DNA of 64,000 bases from Histomonas meleagridis 2922-C6/04-290x (Eukaryota > Protista > Parabasalia): NCBI GenBank assembly GCA_020184695.1, contig JAANOX010000207.1, positions 62,001 through 126,000 of the forward strand, in the 5' to 3' direction. This document shows, piece by piece, positions 22,148 through 34,982 of the stretch. The translations under genes and the position numbers were made by a program. Position 1 is the first letter of the stretch. Every line of letters starts with the position of its first letter. A model generated the notes under the pieces. That model saw only the letters and a program-made list of their open reading frames with translations. It was not told the origin of the DNA and did no database searches.

Positions 22148-22966
22148 ATGCTGAGCTGCATTACAAGAACATTCTCACTTAAAACAAAAGAAGAAATTTC
22201 AAAGAAAATAGGCCGTGTAATCCTCGTTGGCTGCTGTAAAGGTGGTGTTGGTAAATCTACAGTTGCTTTAAATACCTCAATTTCTCTTGCCCGAAAAGGA
22301 TATTCTGTTGGTATTTTAGATGCTGATTTAAGTGGCCCCTCAATTCCAGTTATGTCAGGCACATTAGATCAAAGACTTTATTTAAATGAAGGACGAGATT
22401 TTTTCCCTGCAAGTGCATTTGATGTTAAAATTGTTTCAACAGGAAATTGTTTTCCAAACGACATGCCACTTATTTATAAGACAGCATACATTTCAAATGT
22501 ATTAGAGGATCTTGTAAATACATGTTTATGGAAACTTGATTATTTAATTGTCGATACACCTCCTGGTACAGGAGATGTCCACATAAAATTGCATCAACTA
22601 ATGAACATTGATTGTGCTATGCTTGTTTCCACGCCTCAAACAATGTCAACAAATGATTTAAGAAAATCAATTGATTTGTACAAACGATATAAAATCCCAA
22701 TTCTCGGCTGCGTTAAGAACTTCTCTGGTTTTCAGTGTGGTTTTTGCAAAACAAAAACAGAAATTTTCAAATCTCCAGAATTCGATAACATATTAAAATC
22801 CCAAAATATTCCACTTCTTGCATCAATTCCAATCGATCAAACGATATCGCTGTCAGGTGATGAGGGTTATCCAATTGTTGTACGTGAACCTGACCATGAA
22901 ATATCCAAAAAATTTTATCTCATTGCGGATGAAATCGAGAAAAAGTTTCCAAAGAAAGGAATATAA
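22148..22966 (+). CDS. Mrp/NBP35-family Fe-S scaffold ATPase, probably Ind1-like and hydrogenosomal
   Basis: CKGGVGKST, DADLSGPSIP, DYLIVDTPPGTGD and CxxC (FQCGFC). The N-terminus MLSCITRTFS resembles trichomonad hydrogenosomal presequences. Confidence 0.85.
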   Translation: MLSCITRTFSLKTKEEISKKIGRVILVGCCKGGVGKSTVALNTSISLARKGYSVGILDADLSGPSIPVMSGTLDQRLYLNEGRDFFPASAFDVKIVSTGNCFPNDMPLIYKTAYISNVLEDLVNTCLWKLDYLIVDTPPGTGDVHIKLHQLMNIDCAMLVSTPQTMSTNDLRKSIDLYKRYKIPILGCVKNFSGFQCGFCKTKTEIFKSPEFDNILKSQNIPLLASIPIDQTISLSGDEGYPIVVREPDHEISKKFYLIADEIEKKFPKKGI

Positions 22967-23837
22967 TTCCCTTTTCGTTTGCTTCGGTATACAGAATAAA
23001 TTATTAAAGAAATTTTATATTATTCTAATTAAATAAAATATAAAAATCATTTTTCTCAGTATTTATCAAAAATTATCCACAAAGCCAAATTCTTGAAGGC
23101 ATAACAATAAAAAATCAATTTTAAAAATATTTGAAACAAGTCTAAATCTTGCAGAGCTAAACGATTCTTATTTCCAGAAAATATCACCATGTACGTAACA
23201 TAATAAGGAAAGTTTGCAATTCAAATTTATTTGATTTAAATTATATATTTAATTTTTTTGTTGATTATCCTGTTTCGGTTGTGTTTACAACATAAAGGAT
23301 TTGAAAGGATATATTTTAAAATACTTTTCAAAGTTAAATATTCTTCTTTCTTTTTGATCATTTTAATTATAATGTTGGGGCAAATGCACTTTTTCCCATA
23401 TATTTTTTTAATAATATTATTATTAGAAAAATTATAAAGATGAAATTAAATTCGAAAAAATAATATATATAAAAAATTATGATCCTTTATGACTTACTTA
23501 ATTTTTTATTGACATTTTTGTGTATGTATCAATAAAAAATTATAAATTATTGTCCGGATAAACTTATTTATCATTTTCGGGCCAAAATTTGCATCAAAAA
23601 TTCATAACAACCGTCTTATCGGCATTTATAAACGTACTCCAATTACAAACACACACCAGAGTAATGAAAAGGTAAAAATTACTTGATAATTTAATCTATC
23701 AATGGAAAATAATATTAATCAAATGTGTAAAACAAGAAAATAAATATATATATGGGATAAAAGGTAGAAAAAAAGAATTGTTTATCGTGAAAAATTGAAT
23801 GACGATAGATTTTTTATTAATTTATCATATGCCCTTA

Positions 23838-24713
<876 letters not shown>

Positions 24714-25233
24714 GTATAGGTCGTTAGATGAAGAAATATTATTATATATAACAAAATGCATAACATAAAAATATGGGGTGAAAAGTTGTTGCCCGGCCTT
24801 CTTTTGATCAAAAGATCCATTATAAACATTTAAAAAAAAATCATATATATTATCAAATAGTATAACATAATCATATGTAACATTTTATGTATGACATAAT
24901 CATTTATTCCACATATTCAAATATGGTGAAGTTATACACAGATATGTTATATATCTTTATATTTGATATACACAAATTTATATATAGCATGCTATATATA
25001 ATGCTATACTTATAAATTTACATCAATACATTAACATATTAATGTAATTAGATTGCGGTTTGCTTGTTGATGAAACATTTAATTTTATTCATATAAATTG
25101 ATGAAAAATATAGATCAAATGCAAGTTGTCTTCTTTTGCCTCTTAAACAACCGCAAATATAGAAAAACATGAATGTCAACGTTTTTTCGGGTTAACTAGA
25201 TGTGAAATTATAAAATAAAATTGTTACTCCGAT

Positions 25234-25240
<7 letters not shown>

Positions 25241-25270
<30 letters not shown>
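25241..25270. repeat. (AT)15 microsatellite
   Basis: Seen directly in the sequence. Confidence 0.9.
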
Positions 25271-25274
<4 letters not shown>

Positions 25275-25699
25275 TTTAATGGTTTTATGATATCATAATT
25301 TATTAAAATGATTTCATCTTCATAATTTTTTATATAAATAATTTTAACCATGAAATTTTTTATTAAAAAAAATATTTGGTGTGTAAAAAAGTGCATCTAT
25401 CCCTATGATAATCATAAAATTTATATAATTTTGATGATGCAAGATGTGATAATAGTAAATTATGGGATACTGTCACTGCATTTTAGGTTGGAGCTCTTTA
25501 AGGGTAATTTTTATTCAAAATTCGATCAAACCGTTCCAACCTAAAGTAAAGTTACTGTATCATTCGAATAACAATCGCGACATTTGCTGACTTCGATATA
25601 TCTAAACACTTTTGGAAAAAAAAAGATTATTAAGGACAGCCCTTATGAAAAATTGGTAAACAGTGCAACAAATTTGGAAAAAGTTACAAATTTTTTCCC

Positions 25700-28685
25700 C
25701 TATTCCAAAAGTATGTCGATTCCTTCTTGTTCAAGAAGTAATTTAACTATTTCTGTATGACCACTTGAGGATGCTAAAATAAGTGCTGTTCCAAATAATT
25801 TAAATAATTTCCAAATATTATTTTGAATTCCCAAATTGTTAAAATAAATTTCAAATAAAACAAATAAATATCTTTAGCATTAATATCAATTCCTTCTTGT
25901 TCAAGAAGTAATTTAACTATTTCTATATGACCATTCCAAGATGCATAAATAAGTGCTGTTACGAATAATTTAAATAATTTCCAAATATTATTTTGAAATA
26001 GAAAATTATTAAAATAAATATTAAATAATACAAATAAATATCTTTAGCATTAATATCAATTCCTTCTTGTTCAAGAAGTAATTTAACTATTTCTGTATGA
26101 CCATTCCAAGATGCATAAATAAGTGCTGTTCCAAATATTATTTTGAATTTCCAAATTATTAAAATAAATTTCAAATAAAACAAATAAATATCTTTAGCAT
26201 TAATATCAATTCCTTCTTGTTCAAGAAGTAATTTAACTATTTCTGTATGACCTTCTGAAGATGCTCTAATAATTGCTGTATTAAATAATTTAAATAATTT
26301 CCAAATATTATTTTGAAATAAAAAATTATTAAAATAAATTTTAAATAAAACAAATAAATATCTTTGGCATTAATATCAATTCCTTCTTGTTCAAGAAGTA
26401 ATTTAACTATTTCTGTATGACCACTCCAAGATGCATAAATAAGTGCTGTTCCAAATATTATTTTTAAAACCAAAATTATTAAAATAAATACAAAATAAAA
26501 CAAATAAATATCTTTAGCATTAATATCAATTCCTTCTTGTTCAAGAAGTAATTTAACTATTTCTGTATGACCTTCTGAAGATGCCCAAATAAATGCTGTA
26601 TTAAATAATTTAATTAATTTCCAAATATTATTTTGAAATCCAAAATTATTAAAATAAATTTTAATTAAAACAAATATATATCTTTAGCATTAATATCAAT
26701 TCTTTTTTGATCAAGAAGTAATTTAACTGTTTCTGTACGACCATTTCTAGATGCTTTCATAAGTGCTGTATTAAATATTTGAAATAATTTCCAAATATTA
26801 TTTTGAAATAGAAAATTATTAAAATAAATATTAAATAAAACAAATAAATATCTTTAGCATTAATATCAATTCCTTCTTGTTCAAGAAGTAATTTAACTAT
26901 TTCTATATGACCATTCCAAGATACATAAATAAGTGCTGTTCCAAATATTATTTTGAAATATAAAATTATTAAAATAAATACAAAATAAAACAAATAAATA
27001 TCTTTAGCATTAATATCAATTCCTTCTTGTTCAAGAAGTAATTTAACTATTTCTGTATGACCTTTATCAGATGCTAAAATAAGTGCTGTTTTAATTAATT
27101 TAAATAATTTGCAAATATTATTTTGAAATAAAAAATTATTAAAATAAATATTAAAGAAAACAAATAAATATCTTTGGCATTAATATCAATTCCTTCTTGT
27201 TCAAGAAGTAATTTAACCATTTCTGTGTGACCATCTCTAGATGTCAAAATAAGTGCTGTTCCAAATAATTTAAATAATTTCCAAATATTATTTTGAAATA
27301 TCAAATTATTAAAATAAATATTAAATAAAACAAATAAATATCTTTAGCATTAATATCAATTCCTTCTTGTTCAAGAAGTAATTTAACTATTTCTGTATGA
27401 CCATATTTAGATGCTAAAATAAGTGCTGTTTTAATTAATTTAAATAATTTCCAAATATTGTTTTGAAATATAAATTTATTAAAATAAATATTAAAGAAAA
27501 CAAATAAATATCTTTGGCATTAATATCAATTCCTTTTTGCTTTAAAATGTATGTAACAAGTTCAATATTTCCTGATTCTGAAGCAAAAACTAAAATATTT
27601 CCTGGAAGTTTATTATTTTTATGGAAATATTTTACAAGAAAAATATTTCCAATTTTTGCTGCTTCATTAATGATATTTTCATTAATTTTCATTCCTTCTT
27701 TTTCTAAATATGTAAAAATTTCATAATTAAAATATGAAACACATTTTTCTCCTAATTCGTATAATTGATTAATTTCTTCAATTTTATTTTCATAAATATA
27801 TTTAAAGATATCATTTCGATGATACTTAATTGCTGTTTCATATGCATATTTAAATGATGAATGATTTTGTTCACATAAATGAATAATTTCTTCATTTCCA
27901 CCTGCAATTGCATATTTACCTGTATTATTAATATTTGCACCATTCATAAGTAAATATTTAAAACATTTTATTGCAGAAAAAAATGTTGCATAATCAATTA
28001 ATGTAACATTTTTATGATTAACAAAATCACATCTTTCATAAAGTGATGGTTCAATTATTTGGTTAAAATCAAAATTTGTTTGTGATGATATTTCTTGAAG
28101 TTTTTCTATTTCATCATTTCGAATTATTTTAGCAATTTCATTTGGATTATGTCCTTCTTCAATATATTGCTTATGAAGTGCAAAATCATTTTGTGAAAGT
28201 TCTTCATAAGCAATATTTTCTTGATAAAATAAATATTTATATTCATCTGATTTATCTTGATTAATATGAACAAAAAATGGATTAAATGTATTTTTGATGA
28301 ATTTTGATTCAAGTAAATTATACTTAATCATGTAATTAAGTAAATAAAATGATTCTTGTGTGTTTTCTTTGAGTAAAAATTGAGCAAATAAATTTATTAT
28401 TTTTATGTTGATTTTATTATTTTCTTCATATTTTTCAATTTCTTGTAATAATCTCAAATATATATCGAAATTATTACTATTAATCAGAAGAGATGTATAT
28501 ATCATTCGGATTATAATGATATCATAAGATATTGGATATTCTTTACAAAACTTGCTGATAATAAAATTTGATGATTGAGCAAAATTATCTATATTCAAAC
28601 CAAAGATTATGTTTTTGAGCGTTGTAAGTGTTTCCCATTCGTTTTGAGATTTCTGACTTGTTGTTGCTGTTTGCTTTTGGTTCAT
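25700..28685 (-). CDS. DUF3447-type protein with ankyrin array C (11 interrupted repeats)
   Basis: ORF 28685-27435 is paralogous to the central part of the 21690 gene (IIRNDEIEKLQEISSQ.NFDFNQ.IEPSLYERC). TAL codons end at 27429, 27259, 27089, 26939, 26769, 26599, 26449, 26279, 26129, 25959 and 25789; TAG at 25700. Confidence 0.8.
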
Positions 28686-29024
28686 CTTGAACGAATAAAC
28701 TACTCATTATACTTAGTATTGAATTTTGTGAATATTCGCTTTTTCTAAATTTTACCTGATCGGTTTCGTTTCAAAAAGTGAAAATCGTACCAATAACCGC
28801 TGGAAAGTGTGTAAACAGTTTGATTGCCCTTTTTTATGAAATAAACTAAGTCGAAGAACTTATCCATAAACAAGTGCTAATGAGTATCTATTTATGAAGG
28901 AATTTTGTTATTTTTAACATAAATCAGATTTATTGATCGTTATTCTCAATAAGGTTTCAGTGTTTATTGATCGTTATTCTCAATTTTCACACTTTTTGTC
29001 AAACAGTTTTAAAAGTGGCATTTA

Positions 29025-29426
29025 ATGAACTTTTATATCACCATTATTGAAGCTGAAAACGTGCCTAGCATGGACTTGGTGTCGCAAAGTGACCCACTAT
29101 GCATAATCAAGATGACATCATCGAAAAAAGAGTATTCTACATCTGTTATTGATAACAATGCAAATCCTTTTTGGGATGAGAAATTCCAACTTCCCATTGT
29201 TGATCCTGAAACTGATGTTGTCCAAATTGAATTGTATGATAACGATGCAATTTCTGAAAAAGATCTTATCGGAATTCTTAACCTCCCAATTTCTAATTAT
29301 CTAGAAGGAGAAGTGATAAGTGATTGGTTTACTATTGTTCCCGTAAGGAAAATGTCAAGTCCACCAAGAATCAAGCTTACTTTTCAAGTAGCTGTAACAG
29401 GAAGGCCTCCATACGTTCCTTATTAA
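29025..29426 (+). CDS. stand-alone C2-domain protein
   Basis: ITIIEAENVPSMD..SDP, NNANPFWDEKF and IELYDND..KDLIG, with the Ca-binding aspartates. Confidence 0.9.
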   Translation: MNFYITIIEAENVPSMDLVSQSDPLCIIKMTSSKKEYSTSVIDNNANPFWDEKFQLPIVDPETDVVQIELYDNDAISEKDLIGILNLPISNYLEGEVISDWFTIVPVRKMSSPPRIKLTFQVAVTGRPPYVPY

Positions 29427-29657
29427 TATTACGCTATTGTTAAAATTCTTTTTGATGTAATCTTTACTGTTAAATATTATTATTAAACCCAAATTTCAAC
29501 TTCGAAGTTGACTTTGTTTTCAAATGTAACAAACGGTCGTTATTTTGAAATTTCAAAGTCACTTTTTGATAACCCTTAAGCGAACGTTACAACAGAAAAT
29601 GTTTCCTGGTAAACCAAAGAAAATTGAATTGATTTTTATCGGCTTAATAACTCCCGA

Positions 29658-30254
29658 ATGGAATTCCAAGAAGAACAAAAAAGCACATTTAAAGTAGTAA
29701 TAATAGGAAATGAATCAGTAGGAAAAACATCAATTCTAACCCGCTTGATTTCTAATACTTTTAATCCATATGAGCCAGGAACGCTAGGTCCATCAAATCA
29801 AGTTTATGAGGAACAAGTTGAAGGAGAAACAATATGCATGCAATTATGGGACACAGCTGGTCAAGAAAAGTTTAAATCATTGTCACCCATTTATTTTCAA
29901 AATGCATCAGCAGCTGTTATTGTTTTTTCTTTCACAAATCGAGAATCATTTGATAGTCTCCAACAACAGATTAGGCAATTCATTGATATAGCTGGAGAAG
30001 ATACTGTAATATTTATTGCTGCAAATAAAGCCGATTTAGCTGATGATTTTGAAATTTCAATTGAAGAAGCTAAACAATGGGCATCAGACAGCAAATACAG
30101 AGTTTTTTTAACTTCAGCGAAAAGTGGTGAAGGTATTAAACAATTGTTTGCAGAATTAGCAGCTGATATTTATCACAAAAACCAACACAAATTCCAAACA
30201 GTCTCACCAGACTTAAAAAATAACACAGAGGAGAAAAAGTCATGTTGCAAATAA
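29658..30254 (+). CDS. Rab-family GTPase
   Basis: GNESVGKT, WDTAGQE, NKAD and TSAK motifs; C-terminal CCK. Confidence 0.93.
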   Translation: MEFQEEQKSTFKVVIIGNESVGKTSILTRLISNTFNPYEPGTLGPSNQVYEEQVEGETICMQLWDTAGQEKFKSLSPIYFQNASAAVIVFSFTNRESFDSLQQQIRQFIDIAGEDTVIFIAANKADLADDFEISIEEAKQWASDSKYRVFLTSAKSGEGIKQLFAELAADIYHKNQHKFQTVSPDLKNNTEEKKSCCK

Positions 30255-30458
30255 TCATTTAGATTCAATTTAATAAAGTACTTTCATATGTTAAAAATTC
30301 GTTTTTATGCGCTGTTAATTAACGGTAGCTGTACTTTCTGTATTCTCAAAAAAAATAGGAATATTCCAGAAGTATTTCTTATTGTAAACATGTTCCCACT
30401 AAAAAATTCTTGAAATTTTGAATGAAAACCGCTTGAGAAAAAACGCGGCAAAAAACGT

Positions 30459-31220
30459 TTGTACAAAAAAAGAACAAACAAGCAAAGGATGACTGAACAA
30501 GCAAATCAACCATTGCCAAACAATTGGAATGCAATATCTCCAAATGGAGAAACTTCAATCCTGGAAAACGCTAATCAAATTTATGATCCGAAATATTTAC
30601 AATTTGTTCAACCGACTCCTTTCGCAATTCCACCCCCTCCAAAAAAGCAACGTAAAGAAAGGAATCAACAACAAAAAGTTTTACCACCAGCTCTTAACGG
30701 AGACTTTCCTTGTTCAAATGATGCATTTATTGCAGCAAAGAATGATCCAAACATTACTTTTTCATCACAAAAACTTGGGTTCCTCCCGACCACATATTGG
30801 GTTAAAGATATTAATACTTTTGATGAAATGGTAACAAAATTTTTCCAAAGAAAGAACAACTCTAATTGCCGTTTCCCACACAAGCTCTTCAATGCTTTAA
30901 CGATTGTTGAAAATGATCCAGAAATGTGGAATTTGATTGGTGTAAAATGGGTCACACATAATATTTTCAAAGTCGACAAATACATCTTTGGAAGACTTTT
31001 AGGAATAACTTCAATCGATGGTGGCTTGTTTCATAGGCAAGGTAACTTTCCTTCTCATGGATTTGTCGAAATCCAATTAAGCGCTTTAAATGAAATGAAG
31101 ACTAAATACGACTTAGATGATGTTGACATGGATCGTGTCCACATGTTACAACATAGAACAGGTCTATTTTGCAAGACAAGTTCAGAAGAATCGATCACAA
31201 ATTGCAAATGGGCTGAGTAA
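30459..31220 (+). CDS. initiator-binding-domain (IBD, IBP39-like) protein
   Basis: RFPHKLFNAL, LIGVKW and FGRLLGI..IDGGLFHRQGNFPSHGF, typical of the parabasalid IBD family. Confidence 0.88.
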   Translation: MYKKRTNKQRMTEQANQPLPNNWNAISPNGETSILENANQIYDPKYLQFVQPTPFAIPPPPKKQRKERNQQQKVLPPALNGDFPCSNDAFIAAKNDPNITFSSQKLGFLPTTYWVKDINTFDEMVTKFFQRKNNSNCRFPHKLFNALTIVENDPEMWNLIGVKWVTHNIFKVDKYIFGRLLGITSIDGGLFHRQGNFPSHGFVEIQLSALNEMKTKYDLDDVDMDRVHMLQHRTGLFCKTSSEESITNCKWAE

Positions 31221-31570
31221 AGAGTGTTGACATAAAGCATTATTTTAACCATTATAAACCCTACTAGGACAATACGCACATTTTATTTCTAATAATGAGC
31301 ACATTATAAAACTTTTTATTAATTAACGGTCTCAATTTTTTTATAACAAAGTTTCGAATTTTTTAAAATCTTGTGATACATTTAAGCAGATCAAAACGAT
31401 TTAGTTTTGAACCAATCCCTAAATCTTATATTTTTCTATATATATTGAGTAAGAATTTCAATACGAAAATTAATCAAATTTCTTAAATCAGAAATTGTAA
31501 CACCTCGAAATTTCATATTTCGGAAAAAAAAACGCTTTCAATAAATACGAACGAAAATATTTATTTATAA

Positions 31571-32746
31571 TCAATTCTTATCGGGCGGGAAAGGAATATC
31601 GGCAAAGTCTTTAAAAGGCAATGAGTTATTCCACTCTTCGTTAAACATGTCAATGAGTTCGCTTGCGATTGTTGTTTTGTACGCCGTGAGCATCAAGCCT
31701 GGGTTCCTTGTCAATATATCGTTTGATACTGGAGTTGATGCGAATATGACAGTCGAACCGTCAATGACGATGTAGTCGGGGAGGTTCACATTTTTGTTGC
31801 TAACTCTGACATTTATGCCAGGAACGCCTGCGATATAAGAAGATGAGATTAACGAATTATTAATTTCGGAATTATTCGAAAGAAGAACATTGACTTGCGC
31901 ACCTTTGATGGCCCTCGCTATAATGTTTGTCGTCGACTCATACGATGGATTAAGTTTAATCGTTGATGTGGAAATAAGCATTTGCGTGGAAGCTAATTTA
32001 ATTTCCGCGCCAAGCCTGGTGCTGGTAAGATCTCTATTCAGTGGATAATAGCTATAGGGTGATTGTGAAAAGTAAAGACTCGATTTTCCAATTTGACATG
32101 GTGACGTACTCATGGTTCGAGCAAGTAAATCATAGCTCATCCGAAGTGAGGAAAGTTCTTTTATGCCATCCGTGTTAAGTGATTCCCAAATAATTTCGAA
32201 GAATCGTTTGGCATCGACATTAATAAGTTCTGTGTCCTTAACGTATATACCAATGACATCATTCTTTTCAATAAAGTCTGTGTCATATATAGATGAAGCC
32301 ATAATGAAATTTTTGTTATCGCATATCATTAGATCGGTTAAAATTGAGCCGGAATAGAGCTCTTTTTGATAGTTTCCTTCAATTGGTGTAAGGTTGGAAA
32401 AGTTTGTTGAAATAATTTGGACACTAACACCTTTTTTAATTGCAGAGTTTATAGCATTTGCGAAATTGTTACCAGCAGGGAACTTTAATAATCTTGACAT
32501 GATTTTCAGAGTTGAGGTACAATTATTAACCAATTCAGAAAGTGTTTTCTCATAATTTTCCTTATCTTTAATTAAGATAATAGATGATGTATCTGTTGGA
32601 TATTCTTCATTATTTCCAATTGTCTCCGAAAGCACAACAAATAAAACAGCAAGGACTAGAGCCACGATTGCTATAATCCAATGAATCGGAACCTTCAATT
32701 TGCTGAACTTTGACTGCATTGGAACTGCAACCGTCGGAAAATTCAA
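31571..32746 (-). CDS. PLD3/4/5-like type II membrane protein with degenerate HKD motifs
   Basis: N-terminal TM; AIKKGVSVQI and IIARAIKGAQVNVLL. The HKD-equivalent positions read GSILTDLMICD and NLPDYIVID. The likely ATG is MQSK. Confidence 0.7.
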   Translation of the reverse strand: MNFPTVAVPMQSKFSKLKVPIHWIIAIVALVLAVLFVVLSETIGNNEEYPTDTSSIILIKDKENYEKTLSELVNNCTSTLKIMSRLLKFPAGNNFANAINSAIKKGVSVQIISTNFSNLTPIEGNYQKELYSGSILTDLMICDNKNFIMASSIYDTDFIEKNDVIGIYVKDTELINVDAKRFFEIIWESLNTDGIKELSSLRMSYDLLARTMSTSPCQIGKSSLYFSQSPYSYYPLNRDLTSTRLGAEIKLASTQMLISTSTIKLNPSYESTTNIIARAIKGAQVNVLLSNNSEINNSLISSSYIAGVPGINVRVSNKNVNLPDYIVIDGSTVIFASTPVSNDILTRNPGLMLTAYKTTIASELIDMFNEEWNNSLPFKDFADIPFPPDKN

Positions 32747-33150
32747 TTTTTGAATGAATCAATAACGGTGTTCAAATGTAATCATCTGTACAGCACCAAA
32801 AAACTGAAAACCAAACTGTCCCATTTATTTGTATCAAAGATTACATCTTATTAATGTATACACATTCATTAGTTTTCAGTTTATTATCATAATTTAAAAT
32901 AATTATAATTATTATTAATTAAAATTATGTTAACTTTATTATTAGATGAATGCTATCATAAAACATTAAGTGTACAGAAAATATAGATAATAGGTACAGA
33001 ACTAAATTGGATGGAAATTAATTTCCATAAATGTAATGACAACTCAAATCAAAATATAAAGCGTTTAACATGCTTTCATGTTAAATTTCTGCTATATACA
33101 CAAGGATAAAAAGATCTACATAGTATAATTTCATGAATCATTGTTTAGAA

Positions 33151-33522
33151 TCAAAAATTATAAAAGTTGAATTCGCTTTCGTTGATTGTCGATAAATTAT
33201 CAAAATTGATATTGAAGTCAGTAAATAAGAAATCGTTTTCCTTATTTTCTTTGATAATTTCTGATTTGTTATTAACTGTTTGTTTTGGAACAATGGGGAT
33301 ACTATAAGGTTGCATTTGCATTGGAAACCTTGGAATCTGATTTATTGGCAGAATTGGTTCGATAATAGGATTATTATGCATGAGATGCTCAGAAACAATC
33401 AGCTTCCCATGATTATCAAGGTGATACATGCACTTGATGCATCCGTTTGTATCATAGATTTTGATTGTTTTGATTGGGGAATGCTTCAGCCCCTTGATCC
33501 TGCTCATCTCACTTTTTGACAA
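33151..33522 (-). CDS. small hypothetical protein
   Basis: 123-aa ATG ORF with a compact IKTIKIYDTNG..YHLD.HG block and a low-complexity tail. Confidence 0.65.
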   Translation of the reverse strand: MSKSEMSRIKGLKHSPIKTIKIYDTNGCIKCMYHLDNHGKLIVSEHLMHNNPIIEPILPINQIPRFPMQMQPYSIPIVPKQTVNNKSEIIKENKENDFLFTDFNINFDNLSTINESEFNFYNF

Positions 33523-34350
33523 AACGTTTTCCTTTACACATTTTTTGATAGAAAAATTGAATCACATTGATTGAAAATTTTTAACCGAACGAACTGACAG
33601 TTCAATAAACTTTCAGAATTCGATTCAAAAAAGCAAATGAATTTTTTCTTCTTCATGATAATCTTTACATATTTTCGTTCATAATATCGAAATGAATGAT
33701 AATAGTATCATGTATTTATCATGTGATACTTGATAATAAATGATTTATTATCGATTAATTATTTGTTTGTCCTTTTTATGAATGCTAAGAAAAAATGTCA
33801 ATTTTATTTCAAAAGGTTTGACCCTAATATTTGAAAACAAACGGTACGGAGAAGTATTCCATTCAATTCGAACGTCATTGATTTTGAATTTCCATTTTCA
33901 TTGGGGGTGTTTGAAATTTAAATATTGTCATTCGTTTAGATATATCGATCAGAGAAATTGTTTTATCGTGATTTCAATATCTCATCTCAGCAAGAAATCA
34001 TATCATAACCAATCTGATGAAAACGATGATCTGTCTCGAAAATATTTTTGATCGAAAAGACATTGAAAAATTGATTACAGATGCAACGATTAATTTCAAG
34101 TCAAAAAACACGCTCAAAAATTTTGAAAACAGACTGTCAAAAATTTACTACATACACAATTGAATGGGCAACTAATATTATCTCTTTATTTCCAAATTTG
34201 ATTTCAAAATTCTTTTATCTAATGCTTTTTGATGAATTCTCCGATGTTATATTTGATTTTTATTATGAATCATTAAATTCAATTATCGTTGATAATAATG
34301 AATAGCAATAATAAATACTTTATAAAGGCATTATAGTTTCAAAATGAAAT

Positions 34351-34548
34351 CTAAAATTCGACTTTTATCAAGTGAATTCTCTCAAGCTTCAAGAGATTAA
34401 AAACAATCTGTGCAACGTTTTGGTCCGTATTGCACTGAAAAACTCGTCGTTGCTTGTTAAACATTTGTGTGGAATTCAGATGAAGGTTCGCTAATCTATT
34501 CAAATCCTCAAGGAACGTTTTCGTTGTAAAATGCCGCTGGTAATTCAA
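34351..34548 (-). CDS. possible small protein
   Basis: 65-aa ORF with GC above its flanks; no family recognised. Confidence 0.3.
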   Translation of the reverse strand: MNYQRHFTTKTFLEDLNRLANLHLNSTQMFNKQRRVFQCNTDQNVAQIVFNLLKLERIHLIKVEF

Positions 34549-34982
34549 TTTTAGTCTAAATTCGTAAACAATACAATTGCAATTCTTTAATTTGGAAGAA
34601 AAGAAAACAAAATTTTTAAATATCTATGTAAAAACACAGAGATATCATCATATGGTTTGATTGTGTGATTAAATGGAAGTAAAAAATATAGCATTTTTCC
34701 ATTTATCATGAGAAATTAGGAATGATTAGAAGTTATCATTTAGCACATTAAAACAAACTTATTGTGTGTTTTCAGAAAACGGAAAAAAAATCGTTCCAAA
34801 TTGATTAATATTATCCTTTTGATAATAATTTGCTGAAATTTTTGATTCTTCTTTTTGAATTGATCCTCCAGATTTGAATTCAATACAACTCAATATTTGA
34901 CGGTTTATGTCACCATGAAGAAAAATCTTAATTAACACAATTGAAAAGCTCAGAAAAATATCTGACGAATTCAATTTCTTGA

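Noticed and set aside
25700-27512. CRISPR-like repeat-spacer reading of the 170-bp arrays
   Set aside because: The variable parts are a few codons within an ankyrin frame, not unique spacers; there are no cas genes and the context is eukaryotic.
33782-34305. Two short plus-strand ORFs
   Set aside because: No motifs or family resemblance; within chance expectation for this composition.
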